From Escherichia coli (lineage in GTDB: Bacteria; Pseudomonadota; Gammaproteobacteria; Enterobacterales; Enterobacteriaceae): a stretch of 64,000 bases of DNA. Position numbers and translations under genes: made by a program. Below are positions 27,988 through 37,197 of this stretch, one piece after another. The notes under the pieces are model-generated. The model was not told the DNA's origin, searched no databases, and saw only the letters and a program-made list of their open reading frames with translations. Each line of letters begins with the position of its first letter. The first letter of the stretch is position 1. The DNA lies in the NCBI RefSeq assembly GCF_044647545.1, contig NZ_CP172818.1; one strand, written 5' to 3'.

Positions 27988-28554
27988 ATGAGGCTAATCG
28001 TGGGTAAGCATCACTGGAAAATAGAAAAACAGCCTGAGTGGTACGTGAAAGCTGTCAGAAAAACTATCGCGGCGTTGCCGAGTGGTTACGCTGAAGCGGC
28101 TGACTGGCTCGATGTAACAGAAAACGCTTTATTCAACCGCCTTCGTGCAGATGGCGATCAGATTTTCCCGCTGGGATGGGCAATGGTTTTACAGCGTGCT
28201 GGTGGCACTCACTTCATTGCTGATGCTGTGGCGCAGTCTGCAAATGGCGTCTTTGTGTCTCTTCCTGACGTCGAGGATGTGGACAACGCCGATATTAACC
28301 AGCGTCTGCTGGAAGTCATTGAACAGATCGGCAGTTATTCAAAACAGATTCGTTCAGCAATCGAAGACGGTGTAGTGGAACCGCATGAGAAGACAGCAAT
28401 TAACGACGAGCTGTATCTCTCAATTTCGAAGCTGCAGGAGCATGCAGCACTTGTCTACAAAATTTTTTGCATTTCAGAAAGTAACGCCCGCGAGTGTGCA
28501 GCTCCGGGCGTCGTGGCGTCGATTGCTTCTGGTTGTGGAGAAACTAACGCATGA
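27988..28554 (+). CDS. ymfL: prophage regulatory protein (CII-like family)
   Basis: 188-aa ORF immediately downstream of croE, early-region position. Confidence 0.6.
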   Translation: MRLIVGKHHWKIEKQPEWYVKAVRKTIAALPSGYAEAADWLDVTENALFNRLRADGDQIFPLGWAMVLQRAGGTHFIADAVAQSANGVFVSLPDVEDVDNADINQRLLEVIEQIGSYSKQIRSAIEDGVVEPHEKTAINDELYLSISKLQEHAALVYKIFCISESNARECAAPGVVASIASGCGETNA

Positions 28555-28889
28555 ACAGTTTAACAACACACTACCGTCGCTCGCAACTGATTGCACTTCC
28601 TGTACCGGGTGGAAAAGCGAAGGTGGAGTATTGCTATGCAGTGAATGTACCAGGTGACAGGGAAATTGTAACCCACAGCTTTGCAGAGTGGGCTGTGGGT
28701 GATTTCAACCGGCAGAAGGAGACAGTCCTTTGCGACAAGTTAACCGCTGGTTCAAAGATCACTACGGAGTGCCCGTCAGAGTCATTCGTTGGGAGCCGGA
28801 AACACAACGGGTTATCTACCTCCGTGAAGGCTATGAACATGAATGCTTCAGTCCGGTCGAACAGTTTCGTCGTAAATTCAGGGAAATAG
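28551..28889 (+). CDS. ymfM: prophage protein of unknown function
   Basis: 112-aa ORF overlapping the ymfL stop. Confidence 0.55.
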   Translation: MNSLTTHYRRSQLIALPVPGGKAKVEYCYAVNVPGDREIVTHSFAEWAVGDFNRQKETVLCDKLTAGSKITTECPSESFVGSRKHNGLSTSVKAMNMNASVRSNSFVVNSGK

Positions 28890-28898
28890 AGGTCGGTC

Positions 28899-30266
28899 AT
28901 GAGCACTAAATTAACCGGCTATGTATGGGATGGTTGCGCTGCATCAGGCATGAAGTTATCCAGCGTGGCAATTATGGCCCGCCTGGCTGATTTCAGTAAT
29001 GACGAAGGTGTGTGCTGGCCATCAATTGAAACCATTGCCCGTCAGATTGGCGCGGGGATGAGTACCGTCAGAACGGCTATCGCACGGCTGGAAGCAGAAG
29101 GCTGGTTAACGCGTAAGGCGCGTCGCCAGGGTGATGGTTCATCACCCCACTGTGCGGTGGTGGATGAATATCACGAGCACGCCACCGATGCGCTTTATAC
29201 CACGATGCTTACCGGGATGGGGGCGCGACGTCAGCCACTGATGTGGGCCATCACCACCGCCGGGTACAACATTGAGGGGCCGTGCTACGACAAGCGGCGG
29301 GAAGTTATCGAGATGCTCAACGGTTCGGTACCCAACGATGAACTGTTCGGGATCATCTATACCGTTGACGAAGGCGATGACTGGACCGACCCGCAGGTGC
29401 TGGAAAAAGCCAACCCGAATATTGGCGTGTCGGTTTATCGCGAATTTTTGTTAAGTCAGCAGCAGCGTGCGAAAAATAACGCCCGTCTGGCAAACGTCTT
29501 TAAAACAAAACACCTCAATATCTGGGTGTCGGCGCGTTCGGCGTATTTCAACCTGGTGAGCTGGCAGAGCTGCGAGGATAAATCACTGACCCTTGAGCAG
29601 TTCGAGGGGCAGCCGTGCATTCTGGCCTTTGACCTGGCGCGTAAGCTGGATATGAACAGCATGGCGCGACTTTATACCCGCGAGATTGACGGTAAAACGC
29701 ATTACTACAGTGTGGCCCCGCGTTTCTGGGTACCGTATGACACGGTGTACAGCGTCGAGAAAAATGAAGATCGCCGGACAGCCGAACGCTTTCAGAAATG
29801 GGTGGAAATGGGCGTTCTGACTGTTACCGCTGGTGCGGAGGTGGATTATCGCTACATCCTCGAGGAGGCCAAAGCGGCGAACAAAATCAGCCCGGTCAGT
29901 GAGTCACCCATCGACCCCTTCGGGGCGACCGGGCTGTCGCATGACCTTGCTGATGAAGACCTGAACCCCATCACCATCATTCAGAACTACACCAACATGT
30001 CCGATCCGATGAAAGAGCTGGAAGCGGCGATTGAATCGGGGCGCTTTCATCATGACGGCAATCCCATCATGACCTGGTGTATCGGCAACGTGGTCGGCAA
30101 AACCATTCCGGGTAACGATGATGTGGTGAAGCCTGTCAAGGAGCAGGCGGAAAACAAAATCGATGGTGCGGTTGCACTGATTATGGCGATTGGCAGAGCA
30201 ATGCTGTACGAGAAAGAAGACACGCTGTCTGACCACATTGAGTCCTATGGGATCCGCTCGCTTTAA
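28899..30266 (+). CDS. oweE: fusion ORF: replication-initiator-like winged-helix N-terminus joined to terminase large-subunit C-terminal region
   Basis: 455-aa ORF; N-terminal roughly 90 aa resemble phage replication initiators, the remainder resembles a terminase large subunit C-terminal domain. Confidence 0.65.
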   Translation: MSTKLTGYVWDGCAASGMKLSSVAIMARLADFSNDEGVCWPSIETIARQIGAGMSTVRTAIARLEAEGWLTRKARRQGDGSSPHCAVVDEYHEHATDALYTTMLTGMGARRQPLMWAITTAGYNIEGPCYDKRREVIEMLNGSVPNDELFGIIYTVDEGDDWTDPQVLEKANPNIGVSVYREFLLSQQQRAKNNARLANVFKTKHLNIWVSARSAYFNLVSWQSCEDKSLTLEQFEGQPCILAFDLARKLDMNSMARLYTREIDGKTHYYSVAPRFWVPYDTVYSVEKNEDRRTAERFQKWVEMGVLTVTAGAEVDYRYILEEAKAANKISPVSESPIDPFGATGLSHDLADEDLNPITIIQNYTNMSDPMKELEAAIESGRFHHDGNPIMTWCIGNVVGKTIPGNDDVVKPVKEQAENKIDGAVALIMAIGRAMLYEKEDTLSDHIESYGIRSL

Positions 30267-30277
30267 CTGAGGTAATT

Positions 30278-30445
30278 ATGATCATGCTGATTCTCCGCCT
30301 CTGGTGGGCGGCGGTGCTTTTGCTGGCGTATGGTGCCGCTCATTTATCCCCCGGGGGTTTTGTTCCCGGGGCGTTGTGCCTGTTCTGGTCGTTGCTGGTG
30401 GCGCGAATCTGTTCGACACAGTCGTCTGTCGGCGGAGGTAAATAG
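30278..30445 (+). CDS. ymfR: small hydrophobic membrane peptide (55 aa)
   Basis: ATG 30278 to TAG 30445, below the ORF-track cut-off; two hydrophobic stretches ([33 protein letters not shown]). Confidence 0.4.
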   Translation: MIMLILRLWWAAVLLLAYGAAHLSPGGFVPGALCLFWSLLVARICSTQSSVGGGK

Positions 30446-30651
30446 TGTTCTTTTCGGGATTATTTCAACGAAAAAGCGACGCACCGGTGACCACGCCAGC
30501 AGAGCTGGCGGATGCCATCGGGTTGTCCTACGACACCTATACCGGAAAGCAGATCAGCAGCCAGCGGGCCATGCGACTGACGGCGGTTTTTTCCTGTGTC
30601 AGGGTGCTGGCAGAGTCGGTCGGGATGTTGCCTGCAATCTGTATCACCTGA
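30445..30651 (+). pseudogene. beeE: portal protein N-terminal fragment
   Basis: 68-aa ORF with portal-like N-terminus; downstream region has no continuous frame. Confidence 0.45.
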
Positions 30652-30841
30652 ACGGCAGCCTGAAACAGAGAGCCACGGCGAGCGTCTGCATAGCTGATCT
30701 CCACGCATCCCAATGGCTATATGACGCCGCAGGAGTTCTGGGAGCTGGTGGTCACCTGTCTGTGCCTGCGGGAAACTTTTACGCCTACAAAGTGAAAGCA
30801 TTTGGCGAAGTGGCTGAAACTGCTGCCCGTCGATCCCGGCT

Positions 30842-31633
30842 GTGTGGTATATGCGCTGGGAAGGTGTCAGCGATGGCCTGAAGGTGACCGCCGGGAGTGT
30901 TATTCAGCGCGATGACCTGGTGCAGTACACGACAACTGACGATGCAACCAGCTCCGGTGGTGTCCTGCGCGTGCCGATCACTTGCTCAACTACAGGCGCG
31001 GTCGGTAACGCTGACGACGGTACGGCATTAATCCTGGTCACGCCGGTGAATGGTCTGCCGTCTTCCGGTGTTGCAGATACCCTGACTGGCGGATTTGATA
31101 CTGAAGAGCTGGAAACGTGGCGCGCCCGCGTCATTGAGCGGTATTACTGGACGCCTCAGGGCGGGGCTGACGGGGACTATGTCGTCTGGGCTAAAGAAGT
31201 GTCAGGCATTACCCGTGCATGGACATACCGCCACTGGATGGGAACGGGGACTGTCGGTGTGATGATTGCCAGCAGTGACCTGATTAATCCCATTCCGGAA
31301 GAATCAACGGAAACGGCGGCAAGACAACACATTGAGCCACTGGCCCCGGTGGCAGGCTCTGATTTGTATGTATTCAGGCCGGTGGCGCATAAAGTGGATT
31401 TTCATATCCGCGTGACGCCGGACACACCGGAAATACGGGCTGCCATCACCGCGGAGTTGCGTTCGTTCCTGCTGCGTGATGGTTATCCGCAGGGAGAACT
31501 GAAGGTATCGCGTATCAGTGAGGCGATTTCCGGTGCGAACGGGGAATACAGCCATCAGTTGCTTGCACCGGCAGACAATATCTCCATTGCAAAAAATGAA
31601 CTGGCGGTTCTGGGGACGATTTCATGGACGTGA
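30842..31633 (+). CDS. jayE: baseplate J-like protein (possibly truncated)
   Basis: 263-aa ORF resembling the C-terminal portion of Mu gp47/P2 J baseplate proteins; precedes gp48-like gene. Confidence 0.6.
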   Translation: MWYMRWEGVSDGLKVTAGSVIQRDDLVQYTTTDDATSSGGVLRVPITCSTTGAVGNADDGTALILVTPVNGLPSSGVADTLTGGFDTEELETWRARVIERYYWTPQGGADGDYVVWAKEVSGITRAWTYRHWMGTGTVGVMIASSDLINPIPEESTETAARQHIEPLAPVAGSDLYVFRPVAHKVDFHIRVTPDTPEIRAAITAELRSFLLRDGYPQGELKVSRISEAISGANGEYSHQLLAPADNISIAKNELAVLGTISWT

Positions 31634-32208
31634 CAAACGATGATTACATCCGCCTGTTATCGGCACTGTTGCCGCCCGGTCCTGCATGGTCAGCCAGCGA
31701 TCCGGCGATTGCCGGTGCGGCACCTTCATTAACCCGCGTTCATCAGCGTGCGGATGCCCTGATGCGGGAGCTGGATCCGCGCACCACCACTGAACTGATA
31801 AACCGCTGGGAGCGTCTGTGCGGTCTGCCGGATGAATGTATTCCCGCAGGGACACAGACCCTTCGCCAGCGTCAGCAACGGCTGGATGCGAAGGTTAATC
31901 TGGCGGGCGGCATCAATGAGGATTTTTACCTTGCACAGCTTGCTGCCCTGGGCAGACCAGACGCCACTATCACGCGATACGATAAAAGCACGTTCACCTG
32001 CTCATCGGCCTGTACTGACGCAGTGAATGCGCCGGAATGGCGGTATTACTGGCAGGTCAACATGCCAGCCGCCACCAACACCACCTGGATGACATGTGGC
32101 GATCCCTGTGATTCCGCACTGCGTATCTGGGGCGACACCGTTGTCGAGTGCGTGCTTAACAAACTCTGCCCTTCGCATACCTACGTAATTTTTAAATATC
32201 CGGAGTAA
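31624..32208 (+). CDS. ymfQ: tail protein (P2 I / Mu gp48-like)
   Basis: 194-aa ORF overlapping the jayE end and followed by the tail-fibre gene. Confidence 0.6.
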   Translation: MDVTNDDYIRLLSALLPPGPAWSASDPAIAGAAPSLTRVHQRADALMRELDPRTTTELINRWERLCGLPDECIPAGTQTLRQRQQRLDAKVNLAGGINEDFYLAQLAALGRPDATITRYDKSTFTCSSACTDAVNAPEWRYYWQVNMPAATNTTWMTCGDPCDSALRIWGDTVVECVLNKLCPSHTYVIFKYPE

Positions 32209-32211
32209 TCC

Positions 32212-32841
32212 ATGCATCGTATAGACACGAAAACCGCGCAGAAGGATAAGTTCGGCGCGGGTAAGAACGGTTTTACCCGTGGTAACCCCCAGACCGGCAC
32301 ACCTGCCACCGATCTGGATGATGACTACTTTGACATGTTGCAGGAAGAACTTTGTAGCGTGGTGGAGGCCTCCGGTGCCAGCCTGGAGAAAGGGCGGCAT
32401 GACCAGATGCTTACCGCACTTCGTGCGCTGCTGTTAAGCCGCAAGAATCCGTTTGGCGATATCAAATCGGATGGCACTGTGCAAACGGCTCTCGAAAACC
32501 TTAGTTTAGGAGAAGGAGCAAAACTCAATGCAGCAACGGCTACATTAGGACGCACCGGTTTCATAGCTATACCGGTTATGATTGGTGGTATTGAGCAATC
32601 AGTAATCATTCAGTGGGGGTGGAATGCCGCAAAAGCATCTGCCTCTGGGGGGGATGGAAATACAGTTGTATTCCCGGTTGCGTTTAATAATGCCTGTGTT
32701 GCCGTTGTTGCAAATTATGACAATGTCAGCGCACCTATCAATGCAGTGGCAACGGGGGGATATACAACCACTTCGTTTTTATTACGGTGCGCAGCTCAAA
32801 CGGGTAGTTATTACTATAACTGGATTGCTATTGGGTATTAA
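32212..32841 (+). CDS. stfP: side tail fibre protein (constant part plus currently expressed variable part)
   Basis: 209-aa ORF; Gly/Ala/Thr-rich fibre-like C-terminus; crossover site lies inside the ORF at 32489..32514. Confidence 0.7.
   Translation: MHRIDTKTAQKDKFGAGKNGFTRGNPQTGTPATDLDDDYFDMLQEELCSVVEASGASLEKGRHDQMLTALRALLLSRKNPFGDIKSDGTVQTALENLSLGEGAKLNAATATLGRTGFIAIPVMIGGIEQSVIIQWGWNAAKASASGGDGNTVVFPVAFNNACVAVVANYDNVSAPINAVATGGYTTTSFLLRCAAQTGSYYYNWIAIGY
32489..32514 (+). other. Gin/Hin/Pin-type 26-bp recombination site (left)
   Basis: CTCTCGAAAACC-TT-AGTTTAGGAGAA fits the half-site pattern TTnTCnnAAACC / GGTTTnnGAGAA. Confidence 0.7.
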
Positions 32842-32842
32842 G

Positions 32843-33319
32843 ATGAAAATATACTGTTGCTTAAATACCGTTGGTTTTTTTATGGATGGCTGTGGCGTCA
32901 TTCCGCCAGATTCTAAAGAAATAACGGCAGAACACTGGCAGTCATTATTAAAATCTCAAGCTGAAGGAGGCGTGATCGATTTTTCTGTTTTTCCTCCTTC
33001 TATTAAAGAGGTTATCCGTACTCATGATGATGAAGTCGCAGATGCGAACTTTCAAAAGCAGATGCTTATCTCTGATGCAACTGATTTTATCAATAGCAGA
33101 CAGTGGCAGGGTAAGGCTGCATTGGGAAGACTTAAAGAAGATGAGCTGAAACAATCTGATTTGTGGGCTGGATTATCTGGACGCACTGGCGCTGGTCGAT
33201 ACCGCCAGTGCGCCGGATCTGAATGGCCTACGCCTCCGGCAGTTCAGGCCAGTAAATATCCGGTACAGTGCTGGTATCCGTTGCCATCACCGCGTCAATG
33301 TAATCCAGCACGGCGTTAA
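32843..33319 (+). CDS. tfaP: tail fibre assembly protein
   Basis: ATG 32843 (MKIYCC) 2 nt after stfP; WPTPP motif near the C-terminus; the frame stays open to 33319 (158 aa) and overlaps convergent tfaE, so the true stop is uncertain. Confidence 0.55.
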   Translation: MKIYCCLNTVGFFMDGCGVIPPDSKEITAEHWQSLLKSQAEGGVIDFSVFPPSIKEVIRTHDDEVADANFQKQMLISDATDFINSRQWQGKAALGRLKEDELKQSDLWAGLSGRTGAGRYRQCAGSEWPTPPAVQASKYPVQCWYPLPSPRQCNPARR

Positions 33320-33830
33320 GTCGGGTGTTTTCTGTCTGCGTCAGCTTCCTCCCGGCCTGCAATTTCAGTTGAATCAGACTAATTGAAGCCATTGCAGTAT
33401 CAATCAGTGACTGGCGCTGTGCTTCTGCCGCTTCTATTGCGGCACCGTATTGTGCCTCGGTATCGGTTACCCATTTCTCACCATCCCATTTATCGTATGG
33501 TGTTAACGGAGCGATAGTGGTCATATTTTCAGGGTAATCCCCTGGCGCTGTGATTTCTTTTGGTTCTCCCGTTTCGGTGCTATAAACAATTTCACCGCGA
33601 TGGTCTGGCACATATTTCCACGAGTTCAAATCCGTTGAGCGGCAAATTGCATAACCCGTTTTATGTGTACCAGGTGCATCTAAACAAGAACATGCCGGGA
33701 TACCGACACCGACAGCAAGATATTCGGTTGATGTTGAGATATATTCCTGTGTCCCATTATCATAGTTATAAACGGTAATATCCCCTGCCTTTACCGCGAT
33801 CAGCGCATCATTTAATACAGCTCCACCCAT
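33228..33830 (-). CDS. tfaE: tail fibre assembly protein (alternate orientation)
   Basis: 200-aa ORF ending in the canonical Tfa motif DIYWPELPEA. Confidence 0.75.
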   Translation of the reverse strand: MGGAVLNDALIAVKAGDITVYNYDNGTQEYISTSTEYLAVGVGIPACSCLDAPGTHKTGYAICRSTDLNSWKYVPDHRGEIVYSTETGEPKEITAPGDYPENMTTIAPLTPYDKWDGEKWVTDTEAQYGAAIEAAEAQRQSLIDTAMASISLIQLKLQAGRKLTQTENTRLNAVLDYIDAVMATDTSTVPDIYWPELPEA

Positions 33831-34390
33831 TATGCAGCCCTCACGATATAATTAAATGAAATATTTCGTGGACGTGATTCGTTACCGAATTTATCTGAAC
33901 CATCAGTATTTCTCGCTGAATATGTTTGGAGGATTGTCCCTGATGATGGATTCGCATTATATTCATTTGTTCCTGCTGGATAGTATGACATTGCACTATT
34001 GTCATCTTTGAAAACAGCAGACATCAATCCATCACCACCACTTCCGTAAGCAGTTGTAAGAAATGACGGTGATCGAAAGAAAGACTATTTTGTGCCGAAA
34101 GTAAGGGAACGACCAGAATCTACCCCGCGCCCATCATCCCAGCCACGAATAAACTCACCACGTAAATCAGGCAATTTATTTGTCGGGTAAGCCTTCGCCA
34201 GTTTTGGATATTCAACGGCAGAAAAAGCCGCACCGTTGCATTTCAGCCAGCCAGTAGGCGGTGTGGCTGAAGGCCACGGAACAGGCACACCAACGGGTAA
34301 TGCCGAACCTTCTCCCAAACCAAGGTTTATGAAAATGCGGAATAAGCGGCAAATGGCATCATTCCTGCTTTTGTCAGGGAGAGCTACCAT
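33830..34390 (-). pseudogene. stfE: alternate tail-fibre variable segment with in-frame TAG
   Basis: Two same-frame ORFs (34085..34390 and 33830..34027) separated by an amber codon at 34085..34087; N-terminal part carries a tail-collar-like motif (PVGVPVPWPSATPPTGWLKCNG...LPDLRGEFIRGWDDGRG). Confidence 0.6.
34308..34333 (-). other. Gin/Hin/Pin-type 26-bp recombination site (right, inverted)
   Basis: Minus strand TTTTCATAAACC-TT-GGTTTGGGAGAA; same TT core as the left site; adjacent to pin. Confidence 0.7.
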
Positions 34391-34941
34391 GCTTATTGGC
34401 TATGTATGTGTGTCAACAAATGACCGAAACACAAATCTACAGCGTAATGCGCTGAACTGTGCAGGATGCGACTCATTTTTGAAGACAAGATAAGCGGTAC
34501 AAAGTCTGAAAGGCCGGGACTGAAAAAACTGCTCAGGACATTATCGGCAGGTGACACGCTGGTGGTCTGGAAACTGGACCGGCTGGGGCGTAGTATGCGG
34601 CATCTGGTCATTCTGGTTGAGGAGTTGCGCGAACGTGGCGTTAATTTTCGCAGCCTAACAGATGCTATTGATATCAGCACATTCGATGGGGCGTTTTTCT
34701 TTATGTGATGGGGGCCTTGGCTGAAATTGAGCGTGAACTGATTGTTGAACGAACAAAAGCTGGACTGGAAACTGCTCGTGCACAGGGACGAATTGGTGGA
34801 CGTCGTCCCAAACTTACACCAGAACAATGGGCACAAGCTGGACGATTAATTGCAGCAGGAACTCCTCGCCAGAAGGTGGCGATTATCTATGATGTTGGTG
34901 TGTCAACTTTGTATAAGAGGTTTCCTGCAGGGGATAAATAA
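34389..34941 (+). pseudogene. pinE: serine invertase Pin disrupted by two frameshifts
   Basis: Resolvase/invertase sequence spread over three frames: 34389..34493 (MLIGYVCVSTNDRNTNLQRNALNCAGC), 34466..34708 (GDTLVVWKLDRLGRSM) and 34705..34941 (C-terminal HTH); total span 553 bp is two bases short of a 555-bp intact frame. Confidence 0.7.
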
Positions 34942-35047
34942 AGTTAAAGACACTTTGTGTACAAAAGAAAGTAAAACAACAGCAACTTGTTGCAATTTTA
35001 TCAATAAAAGTAGTATTGTCGTGAAAAATTGATTAAAGATTAATATT

Positions 35048-35881
35048 ATGCATGTTTTTGATAATAATGGAATTGAACTGAAAGCTGAGTGTTCGATAGG
35101 TGAAGAGGATGGTGTTTATGGTCTAATCCTTGAGTCGTGGGGGCCGGGTGACAGAAACAAAGATTACAATATCGCTCTTGATTATATCATTGAACGGTTG
35201 GTTGATTCTGGTGTATCCCAAGTCGTAGTATATCTGGCGTCATCATCAGTCAGAAAACATATGCATTCTTTGGATGAAAGAAAAATCCATCCTGGTGAAT
35301 ATTTTACTTTGATTGGTAATAGCCCCCGCGATATACGCTTGAAGATGTGTGGTTATCAGGCTTATTTTAGTCGTACGGGGAGAAAGGAAATTCCTTCCGG
35401 CAATAGAACGAAACGAATATTGATAAATGTTCCAGGTATTTATAGTGACAGTTTTTGGGCGTCTATAATACGTGGAGAACTATCAGAGCTTTCACAGCCT
35501 ACAGATGATGAATCGCTTCTGAATATGAGGGTTAGTAAATTAATTAAGAAAACGTTGAGTCAACCCGAGGGCTCCAGGAAACCAGTTGAGGTAGAAAGAC
35601 TACAAAAAGTTTATGTCCGAGACCCGATGGTAAAAGCTTGGATTTTACAGCAAAGTAAAGGTATATGTGAAAACTGTGGTAAAAATGCTCCGTTTTATTT
35701 AAATGATGGAAACCCATATTTGGAAGTACATCATGTAATTCCCCTGTCTTCAGGTGGTGCTGATACAACAGATAACTGTGTTGCCCTTTGTCCGAATTGC
35801 CATAGAGAATTGCACTATAGTAAAAATGCAAAAGAACTAATCGAGATGCTTTACGTTAATATAAACCGATTACAGAAATAA
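35048..35881 (+). CDS. mcrA: HNH endonuclease McrA (restriction of modified DNA)
   Basis: 277-aa ORF; C-terminal HNH motif HHVIPLSSGGADTTDNCVALCPNCHRELH; AT-rich. Confidence 0.85.
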   Translation: MHVFDNNGIELKAECSIGEEDGVYGLILESWGPGDRNKDYNIALDYIIERLVDSGVSQVVVYLASSSVRKHMHSLDERKIHPGEYFTLIGNSPRDIRLKMCGYQAYFSRTGRKEIPSGNRTKRILINVPGIYSDSFWASIIRGELSELSQPTDDESLLNMRVSKLIKKTLSQPEGSRKPVEVERLQKVYVRDPMVKAWILQQSKGICENCGKNAPFYLNDGNPYLEVHHVIPLSSGGADTTDNCVALCPNCHRELHYSKNAKELIEMLYVNINRLQK

Positions 35882-36117
35882 AATTATTTATTAAAGTCAC
35901 ATTTAAGACGTAATACCCTACAGGGTAAAAATTTTCTCTGATCTTAACTTCTGCAAATGTTAACTGCTATTTTTATGCTAAAAATGGTTATCAAAACTCA
36001 AAAACACATGTTTATAATCAATGAGTTATAGAAATGCTAAGGGCTAATGAGTTATATGCAAATTAGTAAAATTATGTTGCTATGTCAGATAGTTACGATT
36101 TAGTCATCTAACTAATG

Positions 36118-36278
36118 TACGCCATATGGGCTGGACTGAAGCCGCAGACTTGATTGTTAAAGGTATGGAAGGCGCAATCAACGCCAAGACTGTAACCTAT
36201 GACTTCGAACGTCTGATGGAAGGCGCTAAACTGCTGAAATGTTCAGAGTTTGGTGACGCGATCATCAAGAATATGTAA
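36118..36278 (+). pseudogene. icdC: icd 3' fragment (last ~53 codons) left at attR
   Basis: Sequence appears identical to icd 20943..21103 but has no upstream coding continuation. Confidence 0.8.
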
Positions 36279-36329
36279 TTACTACATGTGTTAAATATTG
36301 TAACGGGCGTATAACACGCCCGTTGTTTT
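36118..36329 (+). repeat. attR-side copy of the 212-bp direct duplication
   Basis: Same sequence as 20943..21154, including the terminator hairpin. Confidence 0.85.
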
Positions 36330-36380
36330 ATTTATGTGGGTATTATTAATAGCACATTGAGCATATTTATATGAAGCCCA

Positions 36381-36704
36381 TTACTTGAGCCCATATGGGC
36401 ATATTTTTATAATGCAACTATTATGCAAACATTTATTTGTTATTTTGCTTTCTCCTGGAGGACACTCTTGACTGCTTTTGAGTAAACTCCATAAATCCTT
36501 GTTGAATGGTGCGATGTTATAAATAGTAATAGGATATTCTTTATCCTTAAGGATAATACCAGATTTAACCGGTGTAAATATCCTGCCAGGAGGAAGAAAT
36601 ATAGTGGATTGATACCAGATGATCATTTTCATATCACCCCATATGGCTGAAAAAGATATGCCGCATGTAGGTTGAATTACCGTGTCAATTACTATCCACT
36701 TCAT
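36381..36704 (-). CDS. iraM: anti-adaptor protein IraM (RssB inhibitor)
   Basis: 107-aa ORF in a strongly AT-rich islet with a long AT-rich upstream region. Confidence 0.75.
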   Translation of the reverse strand: MKWIVIDTVIQPTCGISFSAIWGDMKMIIWYQSTIFLPPGRIFTPVKSGIILKDKEYPITIYNIAPFNKDLWSLLKSSQECPPGESKITNKCLHNSCIIKICPYGLK

Positions 36705-37148
36705 TTGTTATGTCTTATCCCACGGTGCTTAATATAGTTCATTTGGATGTTCATTTCTTGATTTTGCATATGTGTATATTACTCCCAAAAAAATAAATTA
36801 ATTAAAAATTAATGTCATTATCTATATAAAACAAAATTTAAAGCAAGGAATCTCAATAGAGATTAAACAAAATGAGATTTAGTGAAAACATTAAATTATT
36901 CACTTCGTTTTAGATTTGTTTAGCTAAAATGTTATACATTCAAATGACTGAATATTCTGTAATTAAAACATAGCCTTTATGCTACTTTGAGCCAATTTGC
37001 TAAACATTATGGTTGGCCTTTTAATATAACGATAATGATGAATATAAGCATGACCTGAGAATAAGGTTTCAATTTTTTAGTTATATAAAAATGGTTAAAC
37101 CCGTTCCTGACTAAAATACATATAATCGGATGATGACTAAACCAAAAC

Positions 37149-37197
37149 ACATGTGCGTTAAGTATTGAAACGGGCGTATGGCACGCCCGTTGGTTTT
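37149..37197 (+). terminator. degenerate third copy of the icd 3'UTR/terminator (att-like remnant)
   Basis: acatgtgcgttaagtattgaaacgggcgtatggcacgcccgttggtttt matches the icd terminator region at roughly 85 percent; hairpin plus T-tract retained. Confidence 0.6.

Larger units (their letters stand above)
20943..36329. mobile_element. e14-like defective lambdoid prophage integrated in the 3' end of icd (about 15.4 kb)
   Basis: 212-bp direct repeats at both ends, int/xis, CI/Cro-like pair, tail-fibre and invertase genes, AT-rich cargo at both ends; no head, lysis or complete replication genes. Confidence 0.9.

Noticed and set aside
30330-30881. 183-aa plus-strand ORF overlapping ymfR and the portal remnant
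   Set aside because: It is an alternative frame across a degraded region, Arg/Cys/Gly-rich with no motif, and overlaps better-supported features.
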